Notes: generated from the sequence alone by a model not told the origin. Positions 22,561-35,360 are shown, counted from the stretch's first letter. The stretch: 48,043 nt of DNA from Nemertoderma westbladi (GCA_032718475.1 JAUCBJ010005415.1:1-48043); one strand, 5' to 3'. Translations and numbers: made by a program.

Positions 22561-24308
22561 TCAGTCCTTCGAACGGTGTTTACAGAGTTTCTTAAGACTT
22601 GCGAGAGTCTTTTTCTCTTTAGGGCGAGCCACTTTACTAGGATGGCTATAACTCCTGGGGGAAGGGTGCAATACAATTGCATCGGAAGGGTTAGGATTGC
22701 GGTTAGTGTATCCACCAGTCGAGGTATCCGGTTGGTCGATATCGATATCGGGGGATCGTGATTGAACAACCTTTAGGGCTCGTTTCAGGATGGCAGCTCT
22801 TACTGGTCCTTGATTGGTTGTCTGTACGGCAGCGGTAGGTTGACTGTATATAGTGAGGAATTTTCTCGGTTTAATCGATTTTTCTAATTCGCATTCCCTT
22901 GCTTTGTATTCATATGGTCGTCTATGAACTTCTTGTAACTCAGGGTGTGCGTTTATGAATAATTCACCATATTCAGGATCTTGTCGAATAAATTTAATCA
23001 GATTATAAGAATCTAAACTACTGGGATTGATATTTCTCAGATATTTACGGACGTATTTGGTTGAAACACTCTCGCCAACGCGTTTCATCAGTTCATAACT
23101 AGGAGTGTGAGATTTTTGTTCAACTGAGGAAAAGAGGTATGGGTGAAACGCATAAACTCCTTCGTATGCACGTCCTGGATAATATCGGTGGCGTGATTCA
23201 CAATGGAGATCCGCACTAGCTTCCCAAGATGTGATATACCGTAATGCAACTATTTCATCCATTTAAAGGTCTCGGTTGAAAGGGCAATCAAAACTAGCAT
23301 GTCCTTTGAATTGGCAGTAGTGACACTGAGTCATGAATTGAGGACAAACAGCGAAAATATGCTGATTGTTAAGTCGACAATAAGCACAATAAAGTTCCAT
23401 AGAAGGTTGATCTTTAAAGTAGGAGCAGAGTTCGTTGGAGTCTAAAGGGGTAAATGGTCATGTGATGTACATAATCGACAACGTTTCCTAGAAATGTAAT
23501 TGGCATGCCGATAATCATATACCGTGAGACGTTGAGGCCCTTGATACCATTCCAACACATAATCATTATCACTACTCCTGGGTGTTATGGGTTGAATTTC
23601 TTCAGATTCTAAGCAAATTGGTTCTTCTTCAACTTGCAGAGATTCGACGGATGTAGCCATTTTCTCTAGGGAACCCACCATTTGAACTTCCATAATAGAG
23701 TATCCTGTGGGGATTCTGGGTCACTTTGCATAACAGATGAATGTAGATTTTGTATACAAACGTCCTTAAAAATGGCAAATCCAGCGCTATCTAACTTCTC
23801 AGCGGCGGAATCTCTCAAGCTGGGTTTGGTTAATGTGCGGTCTTTAAACTGACTATCAACGTTACAGAACAGAGTCAGAAAGCGTCTAAAGCATTCGAAT
23901 CGGATGAATTTATTGTGTTCATCTAGCTTAGCGAGTTTAGTCCCAAGCAGTAAGGGGTGAGCACGTATAGTTCCCCAACTTTGAAATTCCATCCGTATTC
24001 TTGGAAGGCCAGATGCCTGATGGAGGTCCTTTGTACTTTGTTAATTCCGCTCGGTGTATTGGTATACATGGTCTGGAAAAAACCTCGACCTTCTGCCCAC
24101 GGTGCAATTAATTGGGTGTCTACGAAAGGGTATCAGGATGTTTTCCATATTTCTAAAATCGTTCTAGAGATCTCCATAAATGGCTGAGCCAATTTTAACT
24201 ATTCTTTTGTCAAACAGCATTTCAAGGACTGGTTGGGGTAGCATAGATCCATCTATACCCATTGCCGGTTTGCGTTCGGTAATGGTTATTTAACATTGCG
24301 CGAGTTCG
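22561..24308 (-). pseudogene. Extra ORF of element A, 3' part: exonuclease ExoII region, Cys/His knuckles, basic tail
   Basis: Manual translation gives LPQPVLEMLFDKRIVKIGSAIYGD (24241-24170), FVDTQLIA, TSIRHLAFQEYGWNFK, and CRLC...H, CAYCRLNNQHIFAVCP, CHYCQFKGHASFDCP. Several stops and frameshifts. Confidence 0.7.
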
Positions 24309-24313
24309 AATTG

Positions 24314-24912
24314 TGTAAGCGGATTCAATTCCATGCATTACCCACCCAAAATGGGACTAGTGGCATTTTACCAATATGGGGGGGATGTGAGATTACCAAT
24401 AATAATCTCACCTTATAACCAACTGGGGGGGGGGGGGCGATACACGCCGTAAGCCACAGAGAGAGGTGAGAGGTCAAACCACCTCAGAGGGAGAAAGCAG
24501 CTAGTGCGGCTAGCAGCAGGGGGGAACACCAACAGGGAGTGGCGAAGTGACAATTAATAGTTAAGCCAATAGCGGGCACGTGAACACGTTGGGGAGGATT
24601 AGAGCGCATCCATTGGATACCAGAGGGCTTACAGTAGTATAGGGCTAAAACTAATATGTGTCAATTATATAATCATTGTAACTACTGATTATCAGTTAGT
24701 TGATTCCCTTACGATTGTGAGACCGGCATAGTTTTTGACCGCCGTTGTCATCGTTGTTACTGTTACTGGTTTACATCGTATATTATTATATTCAGATTCT
24801 GTGATTACCAACACTGACAGACAAACTATATTGTCTTTGCCGGCCTTTGGCCAAACATAACAATCTACACCGGTCGGGAGCTGATACTGTCAACTCCGTC
24901 AGTCCCGTCACA
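24314..24912 (+). mobile_element. Solo LTR of family X
   Basis: TGTAAGCGG...CCCGTCACA flanked by a 5-bp TSD AATTG (24309-24313 / 24913-24917). Confidence 0.9.
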
Positions 24913-25006
24913 AATTGTCCATGTCTAAGTCTCTTTTGCATATATGTAAGGGTTTCAAAAGAGTAGTCGATCGCGTCGGAACAGGCCCGAGTAAAAACAT
25001 GGGTAG

Positions 25007-26219
25007 TGTAAAAGCTTTTGCGGAATTGCCCGGTTATTTTTCCTTATTTTTCCCGTAAAATACTCTGTAGTTGGTTTAGTAGGCGTAAGAGGCCGTATTA
25101 TTGCTGTATCGGTGTTTTTTAGAGGACCTAAGAGCTATTTCTTCCGTATGTGTACTTTGGGGGACATGGTTGGTGATTCTATGGCAATTCTATGATGCAA
25201 AATAGCTAGATCCTCTTGAAACAGTAGTTACTATGACGACGGTTAACAGCTGAGCTGTATACGTGTCGATTTTCTTTGTTCTACGGTGCCTCTCAGTTCA
25301 GTCAACCAATCAGAGCGTTTTTACTGTTCTTGTACAGAAATTTCCTAGAAATCACGCAATGCTTTATGGGCAGTGTTATCATTCAGTCCTGAGCCAAGAA
25401 AGAACGGCTTTTGGAATATTTGTGCTTTTCTGCTTTTAGCCTAACACTAGTAGGCTTAATTATAAGGACATATATCCGTTATCTGGGTAACTCAATGGTT
25501 AACAACTTACTCAATGCTTGGCTGGTCTTGTCGTGCATACTTTTATAACGTTATACTGCTATTTACTGTCGGTTATTCATTATATGGTTGATGAAATATT
25601 ATATTTGGAATAACGAGAAATAACCCCGAAAACCCAATATTCTTGATATACCGAAGGTAAGAGAAACAGGTTACATATAACGATTGTGACTTATGTTAAA
25701 GTGGTTTGAAGTGAATCTAATGTTATCTGATAGACCCTACATGAGTCGGTCTGTGTTCCTTTTATATGTGACTAAAATCAGTGAAGATCGGCAGATCAGT
25801 GTGCAGTATTGTGCAGCATTGTGTATGAGTGAGACTGATAACGAAGCATTTCCTAAAGAATGCGCCATATATGTGAATTGTAACTAAGCCATATCGTTGC
25901 ATGTAGTTTAAGTCATAGCTCTGTTTATATAGATAGAGTGCCACGTCCAAAAGGAACTGTTAATATTCCCCGAAGGTGAATAATATTGTCAGAGATTATA
26001 TAATACTGTCAGTCGAATAATACATTAGGCTTACATAGCAATAAGATTAAGCCGTCGAAGTCAATCTCCCGGGTATATCCAGCGGGTGAATGATCGCGCA
26101 CAGATTGGTTTCAACTAGTGTAGTGAATCAAATACTTGTCAGAGGCTAAAAGCGATTTATTATCTAGAAGACATCCTAATTTGGCGGGTTAAACTGCCAA
26201 AGGTTTGAAAGCGCGAACA
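25007..26219 (+). repeat. Element B 5' LTR
   Basis: Direct repeat of 35439-36651; about 4 substitutions seen by eye. Confidence 0.95.
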
Positions 26220-28559
26220 ATAACGGATATAGCTTCTTTATTGCAGTAAGCAATAAAGTTGAAAGTACCGGTCAACCGGTAAACCTGAACCGGTACTGCG
26301 GTACGTCTGTAGGCCCAACTGCCTGAACCGGTACTGCTGTAGGCCCGTAGGCTCAACTGTCCTAACCGGTACTTCCAGTACAGGTATAGCAGTATTATTC
26401 GATTTTGATTATTATATACCAGTAGGCCTTAATAATTAATCAGGGAGGGCCCGCCCTGGTTTTTTATTGAGATTTTACTTATTTCTGTCAGTTTTATTTA
26501 TTTGTAGGCCAATATTGAACAGAAGGCGTGTAAGCCTGATCAGATTGTACAGACAATTTGTAGGCTTGACTGTTGGCTAACTGTTGATTAGGTCTGAACG
26601 GATTGCAGTGCATGTAGAGTGTATGTCCGATAAAGAACGGTTAGGAAGTAGGGGCAGCCATAGCTGTAAGGTAAACCCCCATCTAAAGAATAAGTCGTAC
26701 TACTGGGTTAGAACGCATACTACTTAACCATTTCGGAGTCTGCATGTCCTGTGGTTTATTTAGGCCAGCGTTTGGTCTGTACTTTGTTTGTGTAGTCTGT
26801 ACGGGTAGCGTATAATTTTATTTAGATAATTTGTAGGCTGGATAGTTGTCTGGCTGTTGTTGGGTTTGAGGAAATTTCGGTGTGTGTAGAGCATCTGTCC
26901 GATAAAGTGCTAAGTTAGGAAAGTAGGGGCTTCAAGTGCTGTGAGGTAAACCCCCTGTGAAAGAATAAGTCGTACTACTGGGTTAGAACGCATACTAACT
27001 AATCATTTTGGAGTCTGCATATACCGTAGTTTGTTTAGGCTTGATAGTAGTCTGTCAGTATTTGGTCTGCATTTTGTTTGAGTAGTTTGTACGCTGTTTG
27101 TTTGCTGTTTGTCAGTATTTGGTCTGCATTTTGTTTGAGTAGTTTGTACGCGTAGCGTAATATTTATTATTCAGAGTTATGCTATTATTCGCAACATTCA
27201 TATCCCCAAGTTTATTCCTACAGTAATTGTGTTTGTTATACATACCGTTATAGTTAAACTAACCCCGGTACTACATCAGGGCTGCTCGGCGTAGGTAAAG
27301 ACTGGTGATTTTGTGCACCAGTCACTCCAGCAGATGCCGTGGTTCTTTTAGCTGTTCAAGTATTTTTAACTACTAATTATTTGTTATACAAGTACTTGTA
27401 CCTAATTTAGGGTTTAGTGTACAGTGCTTTCCGAAAGCAATTAGTGTGTAGGCAGTGTATTTGTGTTGTAAAGTGGTTAATAGGCACGTTGGTTCTGGTA
27501 GACCGCGGTAATTAACTTCTAGGTAGGGACACTCCGTGATACATAATGTAGTACCTATAGCGATACGGTTATAGGTCGTCAGGCGGTGGTATTTTCCTAT
27601 CTGGACAACGCAGTATATTTACTACTACTTATTATTTTCAAATACCGTAGTAACCTGTCCGTTGTAATAACCAGATATACTAACCCTTTGTTAGGCTGGT
27701 TTGTAGATTTCTTGTAAAATTACCCTAAAAATTCGTATTTGTGTATTTGTAATTAAATTTTTGTGTTTATTTAGAGATTGTAATCTCAACCCGAATTGTA
27801 CGTAATTTGTAGTATTAAGTAACTTAGGTAAATTAGAATTATTTGTTTTAGTGTCTAACAAGTAGCACTCCACTGAGAGCGCACAGCTTATGTGTAGTGA
27901 CTCCCCCAGAAATAATAACATTTATTTCAAACATTGACAAAACCCATTAAACGGGTATATATATATTATAAATCAACTCAAACGATTTATAAATAGTAGG
28001 CCTGCCATATAACAATTAGGACTCAATATCAGTTGGACTACTGCTTAAATAACGGTAATAAAGTAAGTTAAAGTAACCAAGTAACCCTTAAAATTCAGAA
28101 ATTCAATTATTCTAAAATAATTGACATACCGGTATTTACAATAGGCTTATTATCTTTATTTTTATAAATATAAGCTGAAATTATACCGGTATTCTGTAAT
28201 TAATTCTAGTCTGTAATTATACTTATATATATACACTATAAGTGTAAACTGCATACCGGTATTCACGATAGGCCTATTATATATTTTTATATTTGTGCTG
28301 AAAGTACCTACCGGCATTCTGTGACAAATCTAGTCTGTAATAATACTTATATATACTATAAGCATACCGGTATTCTAATATATTATATATATCACGCTAC
28401 ACTGAGTAGCAGTATCGGTAATTAATTACTAGGCTAACAGTGATACTGAATTACTAGACTTACTTTAGCTGTATTTATAGCCGTAGGCATTCAACTGTGT
28501 AATCAAACATATCTGACACAAAACGGGCACTGTCAGATAGTCTTTTGAAAAGTGTTAGA

Positions 28560-31500
28560 ATGAGTCTTCGACTTGGACAGTGTCTTGAAAGGATAGAAGA
28601 AAGAAAAGCGGCAGAGGCAGTGGCAGAAGCAGACTTGAGGAGACAAATCGGAAGACGGTTATTTGCCTCCTCCGATGAAGGTGATATAAGAGATCCCGAA
28701 AGTAGAGGTAATAAATCTCGTTCAAGCAGGCGTAGAAGAATGCCACACTGTCCGAAGTTATCTAATTTGCCTCCTGCGGTGAGACTAGCTAGCACAGACT
28801 TAGGTAGTACAGAACCCACAGACCAAATTATTACAGTAGAAAGACTCCCTTCTATAGTAGATGAGCCTGAAATAATTAGGCCTGTTCTCAAAGCCACCCC
28901 TGCGGTGATAGAGACACCTGTACTCCCAGAACCTACCTCTAAATTCCCTTTGCACAGCACGAAACTACCTGTGCCCAGTAGGACTGTTCCCGAGTCCGAA
29001 CCCATCCTGGACGCCGAGCGAGATATTAAGAATTTATCGCCCGTCGTCTCTCGCTTGCCCGCTACTACGTTGGCGACTCCCGCTTCGGCGGTCGAGTGGG
29101 TAGCTGAGGGACGACGGGAGATGAGTCTCCTGCTCGGGCAGCTGAGGGAACATTGTAAATGTTCCTCCCAGCAGGTCCGGGAGTTGGAAGGGACTGTTCA
29201 GCAGTTAAAGGGAGCAGTAAGAGAGGGTAGGTTAGCGTTGCAAGAAGTGCAGCAAAGTATCGCGTTAGAACGCGATAAGTTAGTAAATACACAAAAGGGT
29301 ATACTACCACCCCCTGTAACAATGTGTCAACCTGTTAGGTCTGAAGTATCTCATGCGCAAGGTGTGGAGCCTACACGCATCTATACTGCTAGCGAAGTAG
29401 AAACTCCTATAGTGAACCCTATTAAGGGTAATTATAGACCTGTTGATAATGATATTCCCTATAGACCGGATCATAATCCGAGAAATTTATATACCGATAA
29501 CTCGATATTAAATAACACGATGGCCCAAGAAAGTTTTACGCGTCAAATGGCTAGAACCGAAGCCCGTCAAGCGGTAAAGGTGGGAGAGATCGTCAAGTTC
29601 AATGGAGATGAGATGAAATGGTTACCTTTTAATGAATATTACAAAGATAACATACAGAACTCTGTACTATCTAATGGAGAGAAACTTAGATTCCTCATCG
29701 AGTGCTTGGAAGGATCTCCCAAGTTAATGGCGTTAAAGTTTATTGGACATCCAGACGGATTAAGACAAGTTTGGGATACACTAAACATCAGGTATGGTAA
29801 TAGGAATAACATAGCTAGGTATTTGTATGCAAAATTAATGGCGCCCCGAAAGTTTCTTAGCAGCGGGATTATAGAGTTTTCCGATGAGATTCAGGAGATC
29901 TGTAGACAATTAGATTGGCTAGGTAAGTCTCATGAATACCAGAATTCTATGGTTGTAGGAGCCTTAGCATCTACTTTGCCCAAGGGTGGAGTAGGTACAC
30001 GCTGGGACAAGAAAGTGTTATATATGATGGAACAACAACGACGAGACCCTACCATGGCTGATCTCATGTCATTCTTAGATGGAGAAGTGAAATTACAGCT
30101 CCTAAGGCAGTCCAGAGAGAAGACACTGGAAAACAAGGTAAGTGAGAAACCCGTTTCTAGGAGAAGGGTAACACCAGTGTGTTATACAGACGACGGCGAA
30201 AGCCAGACTTCTCAAGGAGAGGATAGCGGGAAAGACACTGAAAGATCTTATTATGTCAATAAAGCGCCTATAGAACAGGTAAGTAAATTCAAGTCTCGAC
30301 CCAATGACAGAAGAGAACCGGTAAGAAAAACCCCTCCTACGTCTCCCAAGAGAATTCATGTAAGAAAGCCCGAGGAAAGAACAAGTGTGCACCACACAGC
30401 ACAGGTTAAAGTAAGTAACATCAAACCCAAATGTGTGCTGTGCGACGGGCCCCACCGCTTGAATATGTGCGATGAATTCTTAAAGAAATCATTAAAGGAG
30501 AGACGGGAAGTCATGTGGGATAAGCGGTTGTGTTATAATTGCCTCAGACGAGGACACCAACGGCGAACCTGTTACTCCGACGCAAGGTGTGCAAAGTGCG
30601 GTGCAAAACATCATATCTTGTTGCACACTGAATTCGAACGAAGCAGCCCGAGTCAGGTAAGTGAGTCCGAACAACTACATGTCCAATTCAGTGATGTGAA
30701 CGACACTGACCAAAGTTCTGAGATGGAAGGATTCTATACGGACGAATTCTCCGACGAAAACGAATCCTGTTACTTAATAAACACCACCGCAGTGTATCGA
30801 GCACTCATGTATGAGAAAGACACAGACAGCGACCTCACCCTAACTACTTCAGATCAACAACAATCTTGGAAAGCGCCAACTTCAAATGTAGGAATCCGAG
30901 AATTTCCTGTAGTCCAGTTACGGGTCCACGGACCTCAGAAGAGCTATATAGTGAACGCCCTCCTGGACTCCGGCAGCACAGGAACATTCATCGATAAAGA
31001 ACTAGCCGAAGACATCTTTGCTGGACAACCCAAGTTCCGAACCAAGCTAAACATGTCAGGGATCATGCAGGTTTGGAAATCTGCTGTGGCTGCCGACTAT
31101 TATATAGGTGAGTTGTCCACTCCACAGGATAAACTAGGAGAACACAGTATAAGGTCAGTCAAAATGGTGGCAATAAAGAACTTCGCTACCACCCAAGTGG
31201 AACCTTATAATTGGGACGAAGATGATCATGCCCAACAACTTAACATTCCTAGATTCGACACCGATTATCCTGGAGTACAAATATTAATCGGTCAAAACGC
31301 GCATGAGGCGCTGGAGACATTGGAGAAACGACCTGCTCAACCGCAACCACTTCAGACCTATGCGGTAAGAACTAGAGTAGGTTGGTACCTTACTGGACCT
31401 TCCCGAAGAACGCTCAGAGAAAGACTGCTTCAAGATCGCGTCTGCCAGGTGAGTGAATGGGAAGATGATACTAGTGAGGGAGACGACCCAACTGAGGGAA

Positions 31501-32177
31501 CACCATACTCCTCAGATAATGATGATATTAGCTCCAATGTAGATCAATGGAGATATTGCCCCAAGAAGTTTAATCCAACTGACATCGCTTCCAGAGGAGC
31601 AACTCCTCAAGAACTGACAGATACTACAGACCGGTTAGGTGAACCCGACTTCCTGAGTAAGGAGGATGAATGGCCTCCCCATCTTACTCCGACTGAGATT
31701 AGACCAGCCAAGGGAGCGGAGAAAGTCAAACCTAAAACCCGGACGGGTGGATCGGAGTTATTTGAACCCGGGATAGATCTGTCGGTATTACATATTGCCA
31801 GGGACGACGCCGTGGATCTGGACCTCCCCACCGCGAGTGGATCCTTCATGAAGATCAGAGAGAGCGATTGGAGCTCTGGAACATCAGACGTCTCGCAGGG
31901 ACTCTCACCTCTCCTGCAGGGAGCGACGGACCACTATAGCTCCTGGAATCGGCTTTGTAAGGCCGTCGTGTACCTAGAGCGATGTTTCTATCGTCACTAT
32001 TCCAGGACGAAGAGGAAACCTGGAATTGTATTCGGGATGCAGCGACTCAATCACCCAGTCGGTCGTTTGTGTTTACCGGAAGGGAATGGAGGACTCTCCG
32101 GAAACTGTGGAAGGCAAGATTCTCTTCCCACGACCACCTCCCTAATCCTTCAAACATCTAGGGACTCCATAACGTAA
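28560..32177 (+). CDS. BEL/Pao Gag-protease fused in frame to short RNase H-end and integrase-end remnants
   Basis: First ATG at 28560. FNGDEMKWLPF / EKLRFLIECLEG (DUF1759-like), three Cys-His knuckles (CVLCDGPH..C, CYNCLRRGH...C, CAKCGAKHHILLH), ALLDSGS protease, then QWRYCPKKFNPTDIASRG and YSSWNRL. No YxDD RT motif or DDE core recognised. Confidence 0.88.
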   Translation: MSLRLGQCLERIEERKAAEAVAEADLRRQIGRRLFASSDEGDIRDPESRGNKSRSSRRRRMPHCPKLSNLPPAVRLASTDLGSTEPTDQIITVERLPSIVDEPEIIRPVLKATPAVIETPVLPEPTSKFPLHSTKLPVPSRTVPESEPILDAERDIKNLSPVVSRLPATTLATPASAVEWVAEGRREMSLLLGQLREHCKCSSQQVRELEGTVQQLKGAVREGRLALQEVQQSIALERDKLVNTQKGILPPPVTMCQPVRSEVSHAQGVEPTRIYTASEVETPIVNPIKGNYRPVDNDIPYRPDHNPRNLYTDNSILNNTMAQESFTRQMARTEARQAVKVGEIVKFNGDEMKWLPFNEYYKDNIQNSVLSNGEKLRFLIECLEGSPKLMALKFIGHPDGLRQVWDTLNIRYGNRNNIARYLYAKLMAPRKFLSSGIIEFSDEIQEICRQLDWLGKSHEYQNSMVVGALASTLPKGGVGTRWDKKVLYMMEQQRRDPTMADLMSFLDGEVKLQLLRQSREKTLENKVSEKPVSRRRVTPVCYTDDGESQTSQGEDSGKDTERSYYVNKAPIEQVSKFKSRPNDRREPVRKTPPTSPKRIHVRKPEERTSVHHTAQVKVSNIKPKCVLCDGPHRLNMCDEFLKKSLKERREVMWDKRLCYNCLRRGHQRRTCYSDARCAKCGAKHHILLHTEFERSSPSQVSESEQLHVQFSDVNDTDQSSEMEGFYTDEFSDENESCYLINTTAVYRALMYEKDTDSDLTLTTSDQQQSWKAPTSNVGIREFPVVQLRVHGPQKSYIVNALLDSGSTGTFIDKELAEDIFAGQPKFRTKLNMSGIMQVWKSAVAADYYIGELSTPQDKLGEHSIRSVKMVAIKNFATTQVEPYNWDEDDHAQQLNIPRFDTDYPGVQILIGQNAHEALETLEKRPAQPQPLQTYAVRTRVGWYLTGPSRRTLRERLLQDRVCQVSEWEDDTSEGDDPTEGTPYSSDNDDISSNVDQWRYCPKKFNPTDIASRGATPQELTDTTDRLGEPDFLSKEDEWPPHLTPTEIRPAKGAEKVKPKTRTGGSELFEPGIDLSVLHIARDDAVDLDLPTASGSFMKIRESDWSSGTSDVSQGLSPLLQGATDHYSSWNRLCKAVVYLERCFYRHYSRTKRKPGIVFGMQRLNHPVGRLCLPEGNGGLSGNCGRQDSLPTTTSLILQTSRDSIT

Positions 32178-33842
32178 CAACATATGGAGTGGGTGTGTGA
32201 CTCTATTATTTTGTATTTGTTTTATTTTTATATTTATGTATGTATTATTATGTAATTTTATTTTAATCGTTTTATTTAATTTTATTTAGTAGTATGGTAT
32301 TTTAGAGATTATTTAGTAGATTAGTGCAATATATATTCGCGTTTATTATTTAATTACGTATATTATATATTTAGTGCGACGGCGAGAAATAATTCTTTTT
32401 CTCTTTCCTTACTGCCCGTATCATATTATAAATACGTGACTACAGTAAGATGAAATATCCGTACTTATTAAAGTACAATAAAGCCACTACTATATTTAAG
32501 TATTATTGGTAGGCAGAGTATTAGGAATGCAAAGTTCAGATCCTCGTGTCTCTGCTAAACCAAGCTCTGGGTAGACCTTGGAAACGACTTGCCTCTTCAC
32601 ACTGACATTGCTTCGTGCGATATTGCTCTCATACCGTATATTAAATAATACATATAGTAGCGTGATGTCCCTCTAACAGTAGCGTGAAACGCAAATAAAT
32701 CTGTTAAACCTTTTGACCATCTGTAATTCTAGTCGATTAAGATATCGCGGCACCCACCGATATACTTGAAAGACAAATTCTAGAATCAGTGGTTAACGTC
32801 CCCAGACAAGTTCTGGAATAAATCGGTGCCCATCTCAAATATTAATTATTTAATATTTGCAAATCTAATAAATCAAAATCTGTAAAATTCAGATCCTTCA
32901 ACAATTCTAGTCAATTAAGACATCGTAGCATTTACCGATATTCTTAAAAAGACAATTTTCATAGAATTAAGGATCTTGTGTCCCCAGACATGTTCTAGAA
33001 TCAAAACATGTCAATTTAATTATCAAATAATAAAATTTCAGGGAATAAATTTAAATTCATGCCTTTTAATGAATTTAATAAATTGCCATTTTTACGCAAT
33101 TTATAACATTCCCAAAATTCCATTAATTAATAGATCAAGGGAGCGGAGATTTATCTTCTTATGCGTATGAGTGTGCGAAAGTCTCCCAAACATAGTCAAT
33201 AGCCGATAAAATTCATAAAGCCATGTATAAAACAGGACATTGACCATTAAAGAATTACTATTAAATAACATCCCAGATCTGTATGCATTGGAATTACCCT
33301 AATTCTACCGCTAGCTTTGCATAATGTCACCATAGCAACAACCACGCTAGAATTAGAATTGAGTTAAAAGAACAATAGAAAGCTTGTCCCATTGAATAGC
33401 ATAGGGAATAAATAGCGCACCGCTAGTATCCAAGAATACATAATAACAACGTGACATTCTGGAAGGCACTTGACTAACGGACAAATGACCCGAATGTGTG
33501 ATAGAATGTGTACCATTTGTGACTGTTACGTGGAATTTGTGCGTTTGTAGGTGAATGTTACTACTAAGGTGTGTTTACAGTAGCGAGTCGCAATTGTGAA
33601 AGTAACCCTAACTCTCCAGTAAGAACCTGAAGTATATCTAAGCCTTTGGGACGGACGGTGGAGTGGCTCGTGCTGGTTGTTGTAGTCGTTGTGCAGCTAC
33701 GACGTTGGCGATAGGCACATCGGCGAAAGTACACCAGCGCTGAGGATCTCGCACTGTCCGGGGGCTGATTGGGGTAGGCAGCGACGCTCGCTAGCCTAAA
33801 TATAAACTCATTATAATATTAATAAACTCATATATAGCAGAT

Positions 33843-35360
33843 ATGACGGAGTTGATAGAAGATGGTCTTGGTATCAGGGAGCGATATACTCTACTTTCAA
33901 GCGTTTGTTGATAGCTTGATACGCGGTGATACTAGTCCAACTACTACGGAGGATGATGGTCGTTATATCGAACCTACGATTTCCTGGAAGTAACTTACGC
34001 GTGAATTGGACTATGGAAAATTCACCGCTCGCTATACGCATCGTAATGGTACGTATATGGACTTCTTGACTACTGGTCATCCTATTGATTTACACGACAC
34101 CGACGATATAGACACCGAAAGGGAAATGGTTTTATTTAAATATCATACCCAGCGGAGTCGAAACGATAAATCGAGAATAGAACACGAGAACTCTATTCGA
34201 AACAGACTCGAGAGGGAAGACGTTGAAGAACCTGATAAACGTCGCGACTTCAACGATTATCTAGAATTCCTAAGAGAGACCTATCTCAATATTGCCAGTC
34301 AACAAAACCTCGAAACTCGATATCCTCAAGGTATACATCCAGACCCTATGATGGAGCTCAAACGGCTCTATTTTACGATGATGTATCTTACCGCCGATCG
34401 ACCGCTACCTGTCATTCCAGATAGCTTCGAACAGATGGAGGAATATTGTAAAACTGGAGAGCGATCACCCGCGTTTCCCCTTCAAGACGTGCGTCTTTGG
34501 TATTATTACGATAAATGCCCTAGACCCAGCCAATAAACGGAAAGACATAAACATCCACGGAAACGTTGTGTTAAACACAGTTGTGCTCGTTATATTTACT
34601 GGAGTTTCGAGCGAAACTTGTTTGACGTATCACCTATGCTCACTCGGCTCGAACGATCCTGGAGTAAACCTACGATCAGAGTCCCGGAATACTCGGTCAA
34701 ACCTCCTCATTCCTTAGTTGGACCTCAGACCTGCGATCCTGGTGGTGTCGCGGATCCTCGCGGACTGTATTCACTGTTCAAAGATCTAGTGCTACCCTAA
34801 CAATTAATCGGTAACACTCCGACAGTGATTTCTAGCTAGCCGCCCATCTTACCTAGCCGGATTGTGACGCGGACACCTAATATCACTATCCAACCGTATG
34901 GTCGTCCCCGTTTAACGCGATACAACCCTTCATCAAGGTGAAGGAGAGCGTTGTACGAAACGAGTTAAACGCTATTCTATAAAGATCAAAAAAGAAACCT
35001 GCGTTTGTTCAGATAAACGTAAGTTATAACAGTAAGTCCAATCGATAAACGAATTGGCCTTATCTCAGTTCGATTGGGAAATCTCGAATCTCTAAGAAGA
35101 TATCAAGCTTAGAAAACCCTATTCTCTGCGAGAGTTTTGGACGAACGTATCCCATGACAAGCGGAGGAAAATCAGCTCGAGGAGAAGCATATCGAAATGG
35201 ACGAGACACCGACCGTAAACCCAAACCTTCTAATGCAATTGTATTGCACCCTTTACCCAGGAGTTATAGCCTTTCTAGTAAAGTGGCTCGCCCCAAAGAG
35301 AAAAGGACTCTTGCTGGCCTCGGGAAACTGCGTGAACGCCGTCCGCGCAAGAAAAACTAA
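33843..35360 (+). pseudogene. Extra ORF of element B, internally deleted and disrupted
   Basis: Homologous to element A 38880-37510 (MTELIED..., RYTHRNGTYMDFLTTGHPIDLHDTDD), joined near 35200 to the C-terminal tail (AIVLHP.PRSYS..SKVARPKEK) that matches A 22561-22710. Confidence 0.8.
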
